Source: an uncultured Gemmatimonadaceae bacterium
GTDB lineage: Bacteria; Gemmatimonadota; Gemmatimonadetes; Gemmatimonadales; Gemmatimonadaceae
DNA length: 64,000 nt
NCBI GenBank assembly: GCA_964437225.1
Contig: CAYTFY010000003.1
Span: 609,077 to 673,076, forward strand
Direction of reading: 5' to 3'
Shown piece after piece: positions 55,999-64,000 of this stretch (position 1 is its first letter; each line of letters starts with the position of its first letter). The position numbers were made by a program, and so were the translations under genes. Below the pieces are notes generated by a model that saw only the letters and a program-made list of their open reading frames with translations, was not told the DNA's origin and searched no databases.

Positions 55999-57078
55999 AT
56001 GAGAGACGACTCGTTCACTTTACCGCGACCCACCGATGCGATGCCTGACCCCCGACTGATTGAGCGGTACGTCGCGGGCGAATGCACGCTGCCGGAGCGA
56101 GTGGTAATACAACGATGGATAGCTGTGAACCCGAATTGGGGTGATGCCTTAGCAGCTATGCGTTGTGACAGCGCGCACGAGCTTGCAGGGAGAGAAGAGT
56201 CGATTGATGAGCGTGCTGAAACACAGCAACTGTTCGCACGAGTTGGATTGCAAAATCTCGATAATGCGAACATGCCGGAGAATGGATGGGCCGAGACCGC
56301 ATCTGCGCCCTCAGACGTTCGTCGAGTCCGCAACGCATATTTTGGGTTCAGCGTACGTCGTATCGCATATGGAGTTGCAGCGACCGGCCTGTGTCTTGTG
56401 ATCGCCGCTGTGACGGTTCTCGGATGGGCCCGATCTGCAGAGCCGACCACCGTTCCCGTTTCTACCTACACAACAGGAAATGGTGAACGCGCGACGATCA
56501 AGCTCCCTGACGGAAGCACCGTTGTGCTCAACGTCGCCAGTCGTCTCGAAGTGCCGATCGACTATCTTGAAGGGCATCGCGCGTTGCGATTGGAAGGTGA
56601 AGCGAGGTTCTCTGTTGTTGCACAATCAGACGCACCGTTTACTGTGGAGTCTGGTAAGACAGTGACACGTGTGCTTGGGACACGCTTCGTTGTTCGCCAT
56701 TACGAGACCGATCCGTCGACTATGGTTGCGGTGCACGACGGGAAAGTTGCCGTCAACGGTGCTGTCTTGACTGGCGCACAGCGCGCCGAAATCTTTGCAA
56801 ATGGTGAGACCATTGTGTCCAGGGTCACTGACATGGATAACACATTTGCCGATGGTGTACTCATACTGCGCGGTGCGTTGCTATCCGATGCTATTACTGA
56901 TCTCAATCGATGGTACGACGTAGATGTACGAATTGTTGATTCGTCTCTTGCCACCCGTCGGTTAGATGCAAAATTGGATGCTGGATCGCCATCTGATTTG
57001 CAGACGATTCTGGAGTTGACCTTTGGTGTGCGCGTGGTGCGCGATGGACGAGTTCTTTCTCTGTACTCCGGGCGATGA
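55999..57078 (+). CDS. FecR-family anti-sigma factor (cassette 4)
   Basis: The start is chosen at MRDDSFTLPRPTD by alignment with MSDTAFSLPKPTD of cassette 2. Contains YVAGECTLPERVVIQRWIAVNP. TM segment GVAATGLCLVIAAVTVLGW. FecR domain (IKLPDGSTVVLNVASRLEV...TRVLGTRFVVRHY). Confidence 0.85.
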   Translation: MRDDSFTLPRPTDAMPDPRLIERYVAGECTLPERVVIQRWIAVNPNWGDALAAMRCDSAHELAGREESIDERAETQQLFARVGLQNLDNANMPENGWAETASAPSDVRRVRNAYFGFSVRRIAYGVAATGLCLVIAAVTVLGWARSAEPTTVPVSTYTTGNGERATIKLPDGSTVVLNVASRLEVPIDYLEGHRALRLEGEARFSVVAQSDAPFTVESGKTVTRVLGTRFVVRHYETDPSTMVAVHDGKVAVNGAVLTGAQRAEIFANGETIVSRVTDMDNTFADGVLILRGALLSDAITDLNRWYDVDVRIVDSSLATRRLDAKLDAGSPSDLQTILELTFGVRVVRDGRVLSLYSGR

Positions 57079-60000
57079 GTGTGCGAACAAAACAATATTT
57101 GATGTGTGGAGTGATGGTAGGTTTAACTGGTATGATGCCCACGACGGTGGTGTGTGCACAATCGGAGATTGGGACGCAGACCGACGCGCGATATACGGTG
57201 CAATCCGGGAGAGTTGCTGTGCAAGAGGACGATAAGGCGCAGCCACAGAAACGTGATAGTAAAACGTCGGAACGTTCCGTCACACTTAATGTGCGCGACA
57301 GTTCAATGTTGTATGTCATCAATGAGATATCACGGCAGGCTGGGCTCCGCATTGCATTCGATCGAACCTTATCGCAGTTCAAATCGAAGGTGAGTCTGAA
57401 CGTTACACAGATGAAGCCAGCGGCTGCGTTGGCCGTTGCCGTAAAGAGTTCGGGGTTGGAGGTGGTAGTGGCGCCTGATGGGCGAACTGTTGTCATTCGT
57501 CCGAGCACAAAAGATGGTGCTGGGAGATCCGAATTACAGGATACAGGAGCGGTATTCGTTCGTGTGACGGATTCGGCGTCCGGCCAGCGGATTTCTGGAG
57601 TGACTGTCGCCATCACGGGAACAAAGATCGTGGGAACTACCAATGGACAGGGAGAGCTTCGATTGATGAATGTTCCACTTGGAGACCGATTAGTGACGAT
57701 TAAAATGTTTGGTTATCGTCCGACCAGCCGTGCCATTGAGGTGAATAAGGAGAAGCCGACCTATCTTCTCATCGCGTTAGTATCCATCCCGACAGCATTA
57801 TCTGGAGTTGTTACTACAGCAACAGGAATGCAACGCAAGCTCGAGATCGGGAATTCCATTACATCGATTAATGTCGATTCGGTGATGAACGTTGCGCCAA
57901 TTGCGACGTTGACTGATTTGTTGGAAACGCGGGTCCCGGGATTGATAGTGCAGCATACGTCAGGCGCACCCGGAGATCCATCTCGTATTCGAATTCGTGG
58001 TTCGAGTAGCATTACGAGAAGTAATGATCCGATTGTAATTGTGGATGGGATTCGCGTGTACGGGGATCAGTCTGTTGGGCAGAGCCAGAACTTATCGCAA
58101 CAGGACGCTGGGCAAGGGGGGCTCAACATCATGCAAGCCAGAACTCCTTCACTCGCGCCGTCACCGCTAGATCAGATCGACCCGAACAGCATTGAGACGA
58201 TCGACGTATTCAAAGGTCCGAGTGCTGCCGCACTGTACGGGTCGGACGCCGCGAATGGAGTTATCGTGATAACCACTAAACGTGGCCGTCCGGGAAAGAC
58301 GCAGTGGACCGTGGCTCTCAATCAGGGCATTCAATACCTTCCCGGGAAGTATCCAGAAGGTACGTATCAGTTTGGGCATATCGAGGGTAGTTCATTCCAA
58401 TACGGAACTTTACGTTGTCCACAATCAGTGCTGCTAGCTGGTACGGCGGGGTGCGTCGTCGACAGCCTAGTACGGTTTCAGGCGCTCAACGATTCGCGAT
58501 ACACCATTCTCGGTCACGGTTTAAATAGTGGAGCCAGTATGACGGTGCGAGGCGGGGTTTCAAATCTGCAATATGCGCTGACTGGCACGGGCTCAAGTAC
58601 GCTGGGCCTACTTCGCCTACCAGCGGCCGAAGTGGAACGTTTCACAGCTTTGCATAGCCGACGGCCTCCTGAATGGATGCGGCGACCCCAAACCTATAAC
58701 ACGTGGGGGGGAACGGGCTCAGTCACGGCCCAGGTCAACCCCCGAACTTCCGTTACGCTGTCGAGTGCATTATTTCATAGCAACCAACAGCGCTCATCCC
58801 TGGAGTCCGCACTACCCGCGCTTGCGGAAACGTATCTCGATCCGGCATTACTGGGTGAGAGTCCGATCATTAACGACTTCTATCGACGTGCAACATCGGA
58901 GGGGCTCACGTCGCGGAACAGTCTACAATTACAATGGGTGCCGATTTCGTGGCTTCCCGTGACTGCGACCGCAGGGCTCAATATAGGGACGCGCACCGAT
59001 CAGACACTCGTCCCCCGTGGGTATCTAACCTCGGTCGTCGATAGCAGCGGACGGTTTGCCATTGGAAAGGGCAGTGATCAGACTCGCTCGTTTTCGGTAA
59101 ATACCAGCGTCCCGTTTCCATGGATGAGAACCGTACTTGCCCTGGGATTCAGTGGGAACGCTCAGTCCGTCGCCACCGTGCGGGCGCAAACAAATGTCAT
59201 TCCCCCGGGAGTCGACCTACCAACCGTGTTTCCCACTGATCAAGTCAACGTGAGCAGTATCAGCCAAAGCACCACGGCAGGAGCGACTTATGGCTGGTTT
59301 GTTGAGCCGCGCTTGAATGTGACCTCGCGTTTCTTCGTGATGGCAGGGTTGCGCTTGGATAACAACGGACTGGCTGGAGCACGGGCCGGAATTATGGGTC
59401 TTCCGAAGATGAACTTCTCATGGATCGCCTCCGAGGAGCCGTTCTTTCCTTGGAAGGGTCTGTTCACGACGTTACGACTGCGGACAGCTATCGGCTCCAG
59501 TGGAGTGCAGCCAGCGCCAACCGATCGTCTTCGTACCTATGCTGTGTTGACGAGTGCGGACATCAATGCGGCGAGTCTGTCCTCGACCACAGTCGTTTCG
59601 AATCAGCAACTGCTTGGACTAAATACGCTCGGCAATACACAACTTCGGCCAGAGCGATCCCGGGAGTTGGAGGGAGGCTTCGATGCCGACCTATGGAACA
59701 ACCGATTGCATGTGGAGGTGACGCGATATCAAAAGACGAAACAGGATGCGATTCTCAGCATTCTGCTCGCGCCGTCGTTGGGTGGCTACAGCTCCTCGCA
59801 ATCCATCAATATAGGAGTGGTGCGAAACACAGGGCTCGAAATGAACCTCAGCACGCAAGTGCTCGATCTGCAGCAGGTCCGATGGACTGTAGGGACCTTG
59901 ATCAGTCGGAATAATAATGTGGTGGTTCGCCTCAACCCAGGGCAAAGTGCAATCACGTTTCCAGAAGCCGGGGTGGTTGGCAGCACGCGGGTGGTGCCAG

Positions 60001-60608
60001 GATACCCGCTGTTCGGGCGATGGGTGAGGCCGATAGCGGGGTTCGCAGATGCCAATGATGACGGTTTCATTGATCGGAGTGAAGTGCGCATCAGCGATAG
60101 TTTAGTCTACGTCGGGCGGCAGGAGCCCGACTACACCATGACGATGAATACCTCGGCAACCTTTTTAGGAAAATTCAGTGTTAATGCGTCTCTCAGCTAC
60201 CAGCACGGCGTTGTGCAAGTGAACAATGCGCGGAGCACAAACTCGGGAGATAGCCCATTTTCTCCCGTCGGTCCGGATGTGCCGCTTAGCACGCAGGCGG
60301 CATACGCGGCATTGAGTTCTGGGGTGATTACGACCGAGTCGGGGACCGCGTACGGATTCATCCAATCAGTGAACACGCTACGTTTTGAGACATTCTCGGT
60401 GTCTTATAACATGCCACAGACTGTTGCTCAATGGTTGCGAGGGCGCTCGATGCTTCTTTCTCTACAAGGGAGCAATCTAGGCCTTCGGACGAATTACCGG
60501 GGCAAGGACCCTAGCGTTGGGGCAAGAGCGACGGGGTACAGCATCATCGACGATGGGCAGGTTCCGTTGCCACGCAAATGGGAACTTCGCGTACAGGTGG
60601 GCAACTAA
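57075..60608 (+). CDS. SusC-like TonB-dependent transducer with STN domain (cassette 4)
   Basis: ATGA overlap with the FecR stop. STN (VTLNVRDSSMLYVINEISRQAGLRIAF). CarboxypepD_reg (VRVTDSASGQRISGVTVAITGTKI). Plug (DPIVIVDGIRVY, IETIDVFKGPSAAALYGSDAANGVIVITTKRG). Barrel end LQGSNLGLRTNYRGKDPSV. Confidence 0.9.
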   Translation: MSVRTKQYLMCGVMVGLTGMMPTTVVCAQSEIGTQTDARYTVQSGRVAVQEDDKAQPQKRDSKTSERSVTLNVRDSSMLYVINEISRQAGLRIAFDRTLSQFKSKVSLNVTQMKPAAALAVAVKSSGLEVVVAPDGRTVVIRPSTKDGAGRSELQDTGAVFVRVTDSASGQRISGVTVAITGTKIVGTTNGQGELRLMNVPLGDRLVTIKMFGYRPTSRAIEVNKEKPTYLLIALVSIPTALSGVVTTATGMQRKLEIGNSITSINVDSVMNVAPIATLTDLLETRVPGLIVQHTSGAPGDPSRIRIRGSSSITRSNDPIVIVDGIRVYGDQSVGQSQNLSQQDAGQGGLNIMQARTPSLAPSPLDQIDPNSIETIDVFKGPSAAALYGSDAANGVIVITTKRGRPGKTQWTVALNQGIQYLPGKYPEGTYQFGHIEGSSFQYGTLRCPQSVLLAGTAGCVVDSLVRFQALNDSRYTILGHGLNSGASMTVRGGVSNLQYALTGTGSSTLGLLRLPAAEVERFTALHSRRPPEWMRRPQTYNTWGGTGSVTAQVNPRTSVTLSSALFHSNQQRSSLESALPALAETYLDPALLGESPIINDFYRRATSEGLTSRNSLQLQWVPISWLPVTATAGLNIGTRTDQTLVPRGYLTSVVDSSGRFAIGKGSDQTRSFSVNTSVPFPWMRTVLALGFSGNAQSVATVRAQTNVIPPGVDLPTVFPTDQVNVSSISQSTTAGATYGWFVEPRLNVTSRFFVMAGLRLDNNGLAGARAGIMGLPKMNFSWIASEEPFFPWKGLFTTLRLRTAIGSSGVQPAPTDRLRTYAVLTSADINAASLSSTTVVSNQQLLGLNTLGNTQLRPERSRELEGGFDADLWNNRLHVEVTRYQKTKQDAILSILLAPSLGGYSSSQSINIGVVRNTGLEMNLSTQVLDLQQVRWTVGTLISRNNNVVVRLNPGQSAITFPEAGVVGSTRVVPGYPLFGRWVRPIAGFADANDDGFIDRSEVRISDSLVYVGRQEPDYTMTMNTSATFLGKFSVNASLSYQHGVVQVNNARSTNSGDSPFSPVGPDVPLSTQAAYAALSSGVITTESGTAYGFIQSVNTLRFETFSVSYNMPQTVAQWLRGRSMLLSLQGSNLGLRTNYRGKDPSVGARATGYSIIDDGQVPLPRKWELRVQVGN

Positions 60609-62014
60609 TGCGCTCAAGCATACAGATTGGACGAAGTGTCATCCTGGGTGTTGTGCTCGCCGGGGGGGCCGGTTGTGATATGATCGGCACACCAGAGCTG
60701 CCCGCTGGCACGCAGAAGGTAGAAAACTTCAATACGCTAGACGGCGCAATGGGACTCTATCGAACAGCAGTACTCCAGTTCGGTCCCGTAGTGGTAGAAG
60801 CGTCACTTTTGGGCGGTGTACTGAGCGATGAGCTACAGGCGAATGCACTTCTGGGCAATACAGATTTGAACACCGCTGCTGCGCTAAGTGTGACGGATAA
60901 TGCAATTGTTTTGACTGATGCGCGGCAATTAGGCGTAAACACGTTCAACTCCTACACGCAGTTGCAGACGCTTCGCAACCAGACGAGACAGGCAATCAGC
61001 GTCTTCGCCAGGTATGCTCCGACTGCGGTGCCTACCGTACGCGGAGAGCTCTATGCTATTCAAGGTTACGCGGAGATCTTGCTCGCAGAGCTCTTTTGCT
61101 CAGGGGTGCCACTCAGCACGATCGAACTCGACCAGGACTATACGTACCGGCCTGGCTCGACTACGACACAGGTGTATGAACATGCGGTAGCACTGTTCGA
61201 TACCGCACTTGTGTTGAGCGTCGACAGCGCGCGAGTACTGAACTTAGCACGTGTAGGCAAAGGGCGGACGCTCCTTGCGCTCGGTCGCTATGCCGAGGCG
61301 GCACAAGCCGTGGCCGATGTGCCGGCGGGGTTTCAGTACCAGCAAGCGCTCACTTGGCGCAGGCCGAGCCTCGGTACGCTCTTTATGGTAACCATAGCCG
61401 ATCAAGAAGGGGGAGTTGGGCTCGCATATCGGACAAGCCGAGATCCACGTACCGATACTGTCTTTGTAGGAACGAACGACTATGGGATGCGGCTATTTTT
61501 GCCGAAGAAGTCGTACGCGACACCAACCAATGCCGCGCGCCCGTTCGTTCTTGCGGACTGGGTCGAGGCGCGACTCATACAGGCCGAAGCGCAATTGCAG
61601 GCCGATGACGTGGCTGGCTGGTTACTGACGCTCAACGCGCTGCGTACAGACGGTACCTTCACGGTGATTACCCAGCCCTTGCCCTCCACGGGAGTGGATA
61701 CGGTGTGGGGGCTTGGCACAGCCAAAGTCAACGAGCAAACGGTCGGCGTTCGGCCGCTTCGTGACCCTGGCACACAGGCGACACGAATCGACAGCCTCTT
61801 CGCCGATCGTGCGTTCTGGTTATACCTGACGGGGCATCGGCAAGGGGATTTGCGCCGTATGATCCGCGAGTATCGGCGGGATGCCGACTCGGTCTATCCT
61901 GTTGGCGGTTATCCTGGGACTGGGCTCCAATATGGCTCCGAGATCGCGTTGCCGATTCCGGATACAGAGTTTAGAAACCCTCTTTTTCGTGGATGTTTAA
62001 GCAATGAGGCGTGA
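60608..62014 (+). CDS. SusD/RagB-like lipoprotein (cassette 4)
   Basis: TAATG overlap with the SusC stop. Lipobox in MRSSIQIGRSVILGVVLAGGAGC. Contains EILLAELFCSGVPLST and DRAFWLYLTGHRQGDLRRM. Confidence 0.75.
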   Translation: MRSSIQIGRSVILGVVLAGGAGCDMIGTPELPAGTQKVENFNTLDGAMGLYRTAVLQFGPVVVEASLLGGVLSDELQANALLGNTDLNTAAALSVTDNAIVLTDARQLGVNTFNSYTQLQTLRNQTRQAISVFARYAPTAVPTVRGELYAIQGYAEILLAELFCSGVPLSTIELDQDYTYRPGSTTTQVYEHAVALFDTALVLSVDSARVLNLARVGKGRTLLALGRYAEAAQAVADVPAGFQYQQALTWRRPSLGTLFMVTIADQEGGVGLAYRTSRDPRTDTVFVGTNDYGMRLFLPKKSYATPTNAARPFVLADWVEARLIQAEAQLQADDVAGWLLTLNALRTDGTFTVITQPLPSTGVDTVWGLGTAKVNEQTVGVRPLRDPGTQATRIDSLFADRAFWLYLTGHRQGDLRRMIREYRRDADSVYPVGGYPGTGLQYGSEIALPIPDTEFRNPLFRGCLSNEA

Positions 62015-63056
62015 ATACTTGCTGATGCCGAAGACCGAGCATTTCTTGTGGGGAGTTCTACTGATGGCTGTCGGAGGCGGATGCGTGCCAGATCTTGTTA
62101 CTCGGCCTGCGCAAGATCCAGCGGAGCTATTCTGGGCTCTGAAGCTCAATCATCGCGCAATTACGTTGGACGTGACTGCGCCTTACGACACCGTTCAGCT
62201 CGTAGCGACGCCGAAAAACGTCGATGGTATCCCGCTTACCGCGCCTCCTGCCGTCAGGTACAGCACATTGGATACAACAATTCGTCTGAGTCCAACTGGT
62301 TTTGTTCGGGCGAGCTCTGTGACAGCCAGTACAGGTGCGCGTGTGATCGCGTCACTCACGGTGAATGGGGTTTCATTGGCGGATACAGCGTTCATTCGCG
62401 TCACGAAAAATTTAGTTCCCAGTCTACTGGATACTTTTGCGATCACGCGAGTGGTGGGAGACAGTGCCAAGGTAGCCTTTGGGATGGCTGCGCCGACACT
62501 CTCGGTTACTGCAAACAACGACGCTGGCGCGTCGATGTCGCCGCCCGTGTATTATCGATCATTGAATGAGAGGGTTGCCACGATCAATCGGGTGACGGGA
62601 GCAATCAAGATCAAAACGATTGGCAAGGTTACCTTCATCGTCACGTCGCGCGTCTACGGTGATATCCGCGAGGATTCGCTTCCTTTCACAGTGGGCTTTC
62701 CACTGTTGACGATCGTAGCGGCGAAGGCGCGTCCCTCTGCGACCGGAACTACTCCATTGAGTTACTTCGATGCTTCCGTGATCACTTTGGGAGTAGGCGG
62801 AGAAGTGAATTTTCTGAATATGTCGGGACGGTCTGTCGACATCGTGTTCGATACGCCATCCGCGGTGGCAGGGACTACTCGAAATGGACAATCCCTCAGT
62901 GACAGTGGAAATATCGCTGCCTTTGAGAGCGGTAGTCCCAGTCTTTTTGCTGGTGCATCGTTGCGAGCTCGCCGATTCCCAGTTGCAGGCACATACCACT
63001 TTCGTAGCACGTTGTACCCCGAGGCCACTGGGACCATCCTGGTGAAAGCTGAATGA
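62004..63056 (+). CDS. Big_2-like / cupredoxin-like surface lipoprotein (cassette 4)
   Basis: Lipobox LLMAVGGGC. Contains LDVTAPYDTVQLVATPKNVDG. C-terminus VGGEVNFLNMSGRSVDIVFDTP...VAGTYHFRSTLYPEATGTILVKAE. Confidence 0.7.
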   Translation: MRREYLLMPKTEHFLWGVLLMAVGGGCVPDLVTRPAQDPAELFWALKLNHRAITLDVTAPYDTVQLVATPKNVDGIPLTAPPAVRYSTLDTTIRLSPTGFVRASSVTASTGARVIASLTVNGVSLADTAFIRVTKNLVPSLLDTFAITRVVGDSAKVAFGMAAPTLSVTANNDAGASMSPPVYYRSLNERVATINRVTGAIKIKTIGKVTFIVTSRVYGDIREDSLPFTVGFPLLTIVAAKARPSATGTTPLSYFDASVITLGVGGEVNFLNMSGRSVDIVFDTPSAVAGTTRNGQSLSDSGNIAAFESGSPSLFAGASLRARRFPVAGTYHFRSTLYPEATGTILVKAE

Positions 63057-63084
63057 GCTTCGTTCCTATCTAAACAAAACGCAC

Positions 63085-64000
63085 ATGACTTCACAATTTA
63101 CCCGGCGTGACTTCGTCCGTCTGAGTTCGCTGACGGCACTCTCGACCGGTGCCAGTCGTACGGCCGGCGCCACGTTAGCGAATCGTTTACCTTCGCAGAC
63201 GCAACGCTTGGTTGGGCTGACTGATGCGCCGTTGGGCCAGCTTCTTGATCCAGCCGGTGTCCGTCTACTAGCCGAGCGTGCGATTGAGGCGGCACGCGCC
63301 GCTGGAGCTTCCTACGCCGATGTTCGACTCACCCGGACTATTAAGGAAGCCTTCAGCGGGGAATCCTTGCAGGCCCGCTACACCTCGACAATTTGGGGAG
63401 GTGAACGGCTTGGTGTCCACGACAAGGCCCCAACCGACGACGAAGCGTTTGGCGTTGGCGTGCGAGCACTCGTGGACGGTTGCTGGGGGTTTGCCTCCAG
63501 TTCTCGCTGGACCTTCGAGGAGATGCCGCGCTTGGCGCAGGCAGCCGTACAGCAGGCGAAGAAGAATGCGGCGGCTACGCCACGTCGTACTGAGCTTGTC
63601 CCTGTAGCTGCGACAACGGGGAGTTGGCGGCCCGCCGAGGTTATCGATCCCTTTCTCATTGCACCCGAAGAGAAACTCGAACACCTGCGCGCGTTGACTG
63701 ACTACCTTGTGCCAAAACGAATCCCGCCACGTCCAAGTGAGGAGAGGAAGTGGGCTGCGAAATTTGAGTTCGCTTTTACGCGCCAGGAGTGGGCGCTGGC
63801 GACGAGTGAAGGCACCTACTGTACCCAGCAGCGCTACACTTCTAATGGGGACATAACGCTGGGGGTGATGATGAGTAGAATGGGAGGGTATGGGGGTGAG
63901 AGTATGAGTGCAGGCTGGCCGGGCTTGATGGCGCAGGGGTGGGAATACTGCGAGCGGACAGCAGCGCTCGCTCGCTTGGACGCAGCAGTTGAGCTGTATT
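63085..64000 (+). CDS. Tat-signal TldD-like protein, N-terminal part; runs off the right edge (cassette 4)
   Basis: Not in the ORF track because no stop lies within the window. Hand translation from the ATG at 63085 gives MTSQFTRRDFVRLSSLTALSTGA...AIEAARAAGASYADVRLTR...FGVGVRALVDGCWGFASS. The frame stays open to base 64000. Confidence 0.8.
   Translation, partial: MTSQFTRRDFVRLSSLTALSTGASRTAGATLANRLPSQTQRLVGLTDAPLGQLLDPAGVRLLAERAIEAARAAGASYADVRLTRTIKEAFSGESLQARYTSTIWGGERLGVHDKAPTDDEAFGVGVRALVDGCWGFASSSRWTFEEMPRLAQAAVQQAKKNAAATPRRTELVPVAATTGSWRPAEVIDPFLIAPEEKLEHLRALTDYLVPKRIPPRPSEERKWAAKFEFAFTRQEWALATSEGTYCTQQRYTSNGDITLGVMMSRMGGYGGESMSAGWPGLMAQGWEYCERTAALARLDAAVELY

Noticed and set aside
1-64000. 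A search by eye for CRISPR arrays, intact tRNA or rRNA genes, integrases and intact transposases.
   Set aside because: No regularly spaced direct repeats, no complete cloverleaf candidates, no rRNA-like stretches and no full-length recombinase ORFs were seen. The absence is by inspection only and should be confirmed with tRNAscan-SE, barrnap, CRISPR finders and ISfinder.

Overview
The window is dominated by a tandem array of one eight-gene cassette of about 12.3-12.5 kb, all on the + strand. There are three complete copies, plus a partial copy at each window edge. Each cassette encodes an ECF sigma factor, a FecR-type anti-sigma factor, a SusC-like TonB-dependent transducer (STN, CarboxypepD_reg, plug and barrel), a SusD/RagB-like lipoprotein, and a lipoprotein with Big_2-like repeats and a cupredoxin-like C-terminus. 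It then encodes a Tat-signal TldD-like protein, a signal-less PmbA-like protein, and a secreted protein of about 480 aa with a helical N-domain and a thioredoxin-like C-domain lacking CxxC. No glycoside hydrolase or other CAZyme-like gene is visible, so these are PUL-like loci built around PmbA/TldD-superfamily pairs. All four TldD-like copies whose motif region lies in the window lack the canonical HExxxH metal site. The gene content points to an FCB-group-like (Bacteroidota or relatives) diderm, but taxonomy cannot be settled from the sequence alone.

Small housekeeping-type genes sit between cassettes: RibD_C/DHFR-family, DinB-family and VOC/glyoxalase. Between cassettes 3 and 4 lies an accessory island of about 10 kb (about 44.96-55.26 kb) that is visibly A+T-richer. 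It carries decay marks:
- a PD40/TolB-like lipoprotein gene with an in-frame TGA
- a DDE-transposase C-terminal remnant
- a frameshifted membrane-protein gene
- a tRNA 3'-end fragment
- a sigma region-4-only remnant

The island also holds two candidate conflict modules. One is a ThsB-like TIR (DUF1863-type) gene coupled to a 3-TM protein with a RyR-like N-domain, followed by a 396-aa protein with PIN-like terminal motifs. The other is an XRE-HTH protein followed by a membrane protein.

No intact rRNA or tRNA gene and no CRISPR array were seen by eye. All assignments come from motif recognition in the translated ORFs, since no searches could be run. Start codons are often chosen downstream of the ORF-track start, on signal-peptide, lipobox or paralog-alignment grounds.
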